Assembly: GCA_026401035.1 (NCBI GenBank)
Contig: JAPLNR010000065.1
Span: forward strand, 3,969 to 67,968
Reading direction: 5' to 3'
Source: Planctomycetia bacterium
Lineage (GTDB): Bacteria; Planctomycetota; Planctomycetia; Pirellulales; UBA1268
DNA: 64,000 nucleotides
Shown here piece after piece: positions 61,737 through 64,000 of this stretch. Position 1 is the stretch's first letter, and each line of letters begins with the position of its first letter. Both the position numbers and the translations under genes were made by a program. Below the pieces are notes generated by a model. It did no database searches, was not told the DNA's origin, and saw nothing but the letters and a program-made list of their open reading frames with translations.

Positions 61737-62756
61737 TCAGGCCGCACGGGAGTCGTTGGTCAGTGCGGGCAGCACGGCCCCCTGACCGTTGATCGTGCGC
61801 CGCACGACCCAGGTGGGCCTGCCCTGCGCCTCGCGGTAGGTGCGCACCACGTATTCGCCCACGATGGCGACGGCCATGGTCTGGGCGGCTCCGACGAGCG
61901 TGGCGACGGCGATGAGCGCCGCGAGGGAAATGCCCGTCTGGCTGTCGGCAGCCGTGGCCCGCGGCCAGGCGGCGACGAGGGTGGCACCGAAGCCGATCGC
62001 AGCCAGTCCGAGGCTGCAAAGCCAGGTCAGCCGCACGGGGGCGTCTGACGAGATCATCACCGCGTCGGCCGCGAGCGCGAGCAACCGCCGCGCGGAATAC
62101 TTGGTCTCGCCGGCCATGCGGGCCTGACGGTCGTACCACACCGGCTCGTGGCGGAAGCCCGCCCAGGGCACGAGACTCCGCAGGTAACGCCGCTTCTCGG
62201 GAAGCGCACAGACCGCATCGACGACGGCGCGGTCGAGGAGTTTGAAGTCGCCGGTGTCGACCGGAACTTTGTAGGGCATCAGGCTGGCGAAAAAACGGTG
62301 GAACAGGCTGGCGGTGACCAGCTTGAACGCGGTTTCGCCTTCCCGGGAGCGGCGGCGGCCGTAGGCGACGTCGACGCCTTCCCGCCAGCGGCGGACCATT
62401 TCCGGGATCACCTCGGGTGGATCCTGCAGGTCGGCATCGAGAATCACGACCGCGTCGCCACGGGCATGCGCCAGCCCGGCCGACATCGCCGCCTGCTGGC
62501 CGAAATTACGAGCCAGTTCGAGGACGAGCGCCCGGGGATCGCGGCCCGCGATCGACTCCAGCCGCGCGAGCGTGCCGTCGCGGCTCCCATCGTCGATGTA
62601 GAGAATCTCGAAATCCATGGCTGTGCCGGGAAGCACCGCGAGGAGCCGCTCGTGGGTCGCCGCGATGACGGCCTCCTCGTTGTGGCAGGGAATCACGACG
62701 GAGAGCAGTCCGCGGGCTGCGCGGCGGATCGTCGGCGCATGTTCTGCGTGTTTCAT
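61737..62756 (-). CDS. GT2 polyprenyl-phosphate glycosyltransferase (ArnC / Dpm1-like) with C-terminal TM helices
   Basis: LSVVIPCHNEE, YIDDGS.DGT, LDADLQDPPE, and two C-terminal hydrophobic helices. Confidence 0.85.
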   Translation of the reverse strand: MKHAEHAPTIRRAARGLLSVVIPCHNEEAVIAATHERLLAVLPGTAMDFEILYIDDGSRDGTLARLESIAGRDPRALVLELARNFGQQAAMSAGLAHARGDAVVILDADLQDPPEVIPEMVRRWREGVDVAYGRRRSREGETAFKLVTASLFHRFFASLMPYKVPVDTGDFKLLDRAVVDAVCALPEKRRYLRSLVPWAGFRHEPVWYDRQARMAGETKYSARRLLALAADAVMISSDAPVRLTWLCSLGLAAIGFGATLVAAWPRATAADSQTGISLAALIAVATLVGAAQTMAVAIVGEYVVRTYREAQGRPTWVVRRTINGQGAVLPALTNDSRAA

Positions 62757-64000
62757 CGAGTGATATTCCCGGCGTCGGCGGTGCGGTCCGCAGGTGTCTT
62801 TTTGGTGCCAATCAGCAGGAAGTCGTGCTTCTGGAAGAGCGGCCGGGCCCGGCCGACGATGCCACACTGGTCGGGCAACTTCCCGGCCAGATCGTCGAAG
62901 TGGTGCTCGGGCACGATCACCAGGGCATCGGCGCCGCTGGTGAGGAACTGTGCGGCGGCCTGCGACTGATCCCGCTGCCATTCTTCGACATGCCCGTGGG
63001 CGTAGAAGACGATGTTGGGCGTGTTGTGCGTGAACGTGCCGAGCCGGGCGTGGCCGCCGGCATGGCGATGCGCTTCTTGGACGAGCACCGGCAGGGCATT
63101 CGCCCGTGCCATCCAGGCGCTGGCCGGCCCCACGGCGAGGGCCGTGTAGACGAGTCCGGTGACAGTGAGGGCCACGAGCGGTTCGAAGGAACTGCGGCGG
63201 GCCGTCCAGAGGCAGGCGATCGCGCCGAGCACCGGCACGAGACCCACGGCCGCGGCGGGCTCCGCGCCGGTGAGGCCGTAGAACGTGGCGACGATGATGG
63301 TCGCCGAGGTGGCGATGCCGCCGAACACGAGCCAGCCCAGACCGGAGGCCAGCCAACCGGGATGCGGCCAGCGGGCGCGGCTGGCCGCATCGACGCCAAG
63401 CGCCGCCACGAGCAGCGCCGCGGCCGGGTAGGCCGGCATGATGTAGTTCGGGAGTTTCGTCGCCGCGGCGGAAAAGCCGCCGACCCAGACGGCCATCCAA
63501 AGCAGCGCGAGCACGTGCGTGCGGGTGACCGCCGCCGTTTCCGTGCCCTTCCAGATTCGCCATGCCGCCACCACGATTGCCAGCGGCAGGAAGCACGACC
63601 ATGGAAAGAATCCGATGAGCAGACCGAGAGGATGATAGAACGCGCTGCCCCCGTGCTTCTCCATCGGGGCCGCAAAGCGGCCGACATTGTGGATGAAGAA
63701 GAAGCCGGTCGGCCAGGCACCGGCGGTCCGCATGCCGACGGCGACATACCAGGGAGCCGCGACGGCGAGCATGGCGGCGGTCATCGTGAACAGCCGCGTG
63801 CTGCGCAGCGTTTCAAGAACCGCGGGCAGGGTCGCAAGCGCCACGCGTTGCACGGAGAAACGCAAGTTGCCGTTCGCGGCCAGCCGCTGATGCACGGCCA
63901 GCCCCCAGACCCACGGCAGCATCACGGCGAGCGGACCGACGAAGCCGATCGGCCCCTTGCAGAGGACGGCCAAGCCCATGAGTCCGCCCACCACCGCAGC
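62753..64000 (-). CDS. ArnT / PMT-like (GT39-type) membrane glycosyltransferase, C-terminal ~415 aa; N-terminus lies outside the window
   Basis: The frame is open to the window edge. Many TM helices (..KGPIG...P....PW..) precede a soluble C-terminal domain. Its stop overlaps the GT2 start (ATGA). Confidence 0.7.
   Translation of the reverse strand, partial: AAVVGGLMGLAVLCKGPIGFVGPLAVMLPWVWGLAVHQRLAANGNLRFSVQRVALATLPAVLETLRSTRLFTMTAAMLAVAAPWYVAVGMRTAGAWPTGFFFIHNVGRFAAPMEKHGGSAFYHPLGLLIGFFPWSCFLPLAIVVAAWRIWKGTETAAVTRTHVLALLWMAVWVGGFSAAATKLPNYIMPAYPAAALLVAALGVDAASRARWPHPGWLASGLGWLVFGGIATSATIIVATFYGLTGAEPAAAVGLVPVLGAIACLWTARRSSFEPLVALTVTGLVYTALAVGPASAWMARANALPVLVQEAHRHAGGHARLGTFTHNTPNIVFYAHGHVEEWQRDQSQAAAQFLTSGADALVIVPEHHFDDLAGKLPDQCGIVGRARPLFQKHDFLLIGTKKTPADRTADAGNITR

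Overview
GC-rich bacterial chromosomal segment, roughly two-thirds G+C by eye (not computed). Gene content suggests Planctomycetota: a DUF1549/DUF1553 plus DUF1501 pair, Lys/Ala-rich ribosomal-protein tails and weak Shine-Dalgarno usage. This assignment is inference only. The window is mostly housekeeping. It holds the carB 3' end, a fused rlmKL, a livJHMGF-type ABC transporter, recQ and aroB. Next come an orphan parA flanked by unknown proteins, and rpmA-obg-coaX-rsfS-argS. A glycan-modification cluster follows (GT, GT, methyltransferase, sulfatase-like), then a stand-alone EF-G and an ABC-F ATPase. An uninterrupted S10-spc-alpha ribosomal superoperon runs rpsJ to rplQ (30.7-47.4 kb) and includes secY, adk, map, rpmJ and rpoA. 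The rest is a MATE pump, speA, nadE, pckA, gpx and an ArnC/ArnT-like pair. I saw no rRNA, tRNA, CRISPR array, transposase, integrase or recognisable defence, toxin or phage genes, and no convincing novel multi-gene system. The most unusual content is non-coding. Three families of structured (hairpin) repeats sit at gene ends. One is a 3 x 142-bp tandem array, and one copy appears embedded in-frame in the rlmKL linker. Protein-level oddities are a LivG ATPase with a ~180-aa insertion containing two hydrophobic helices, an L3 N-terminus with a 27-bp tandem repeat, and an L24 with two CxxC pairs. Many long antisense ORFs in the supplied track are high-GC artefacts.
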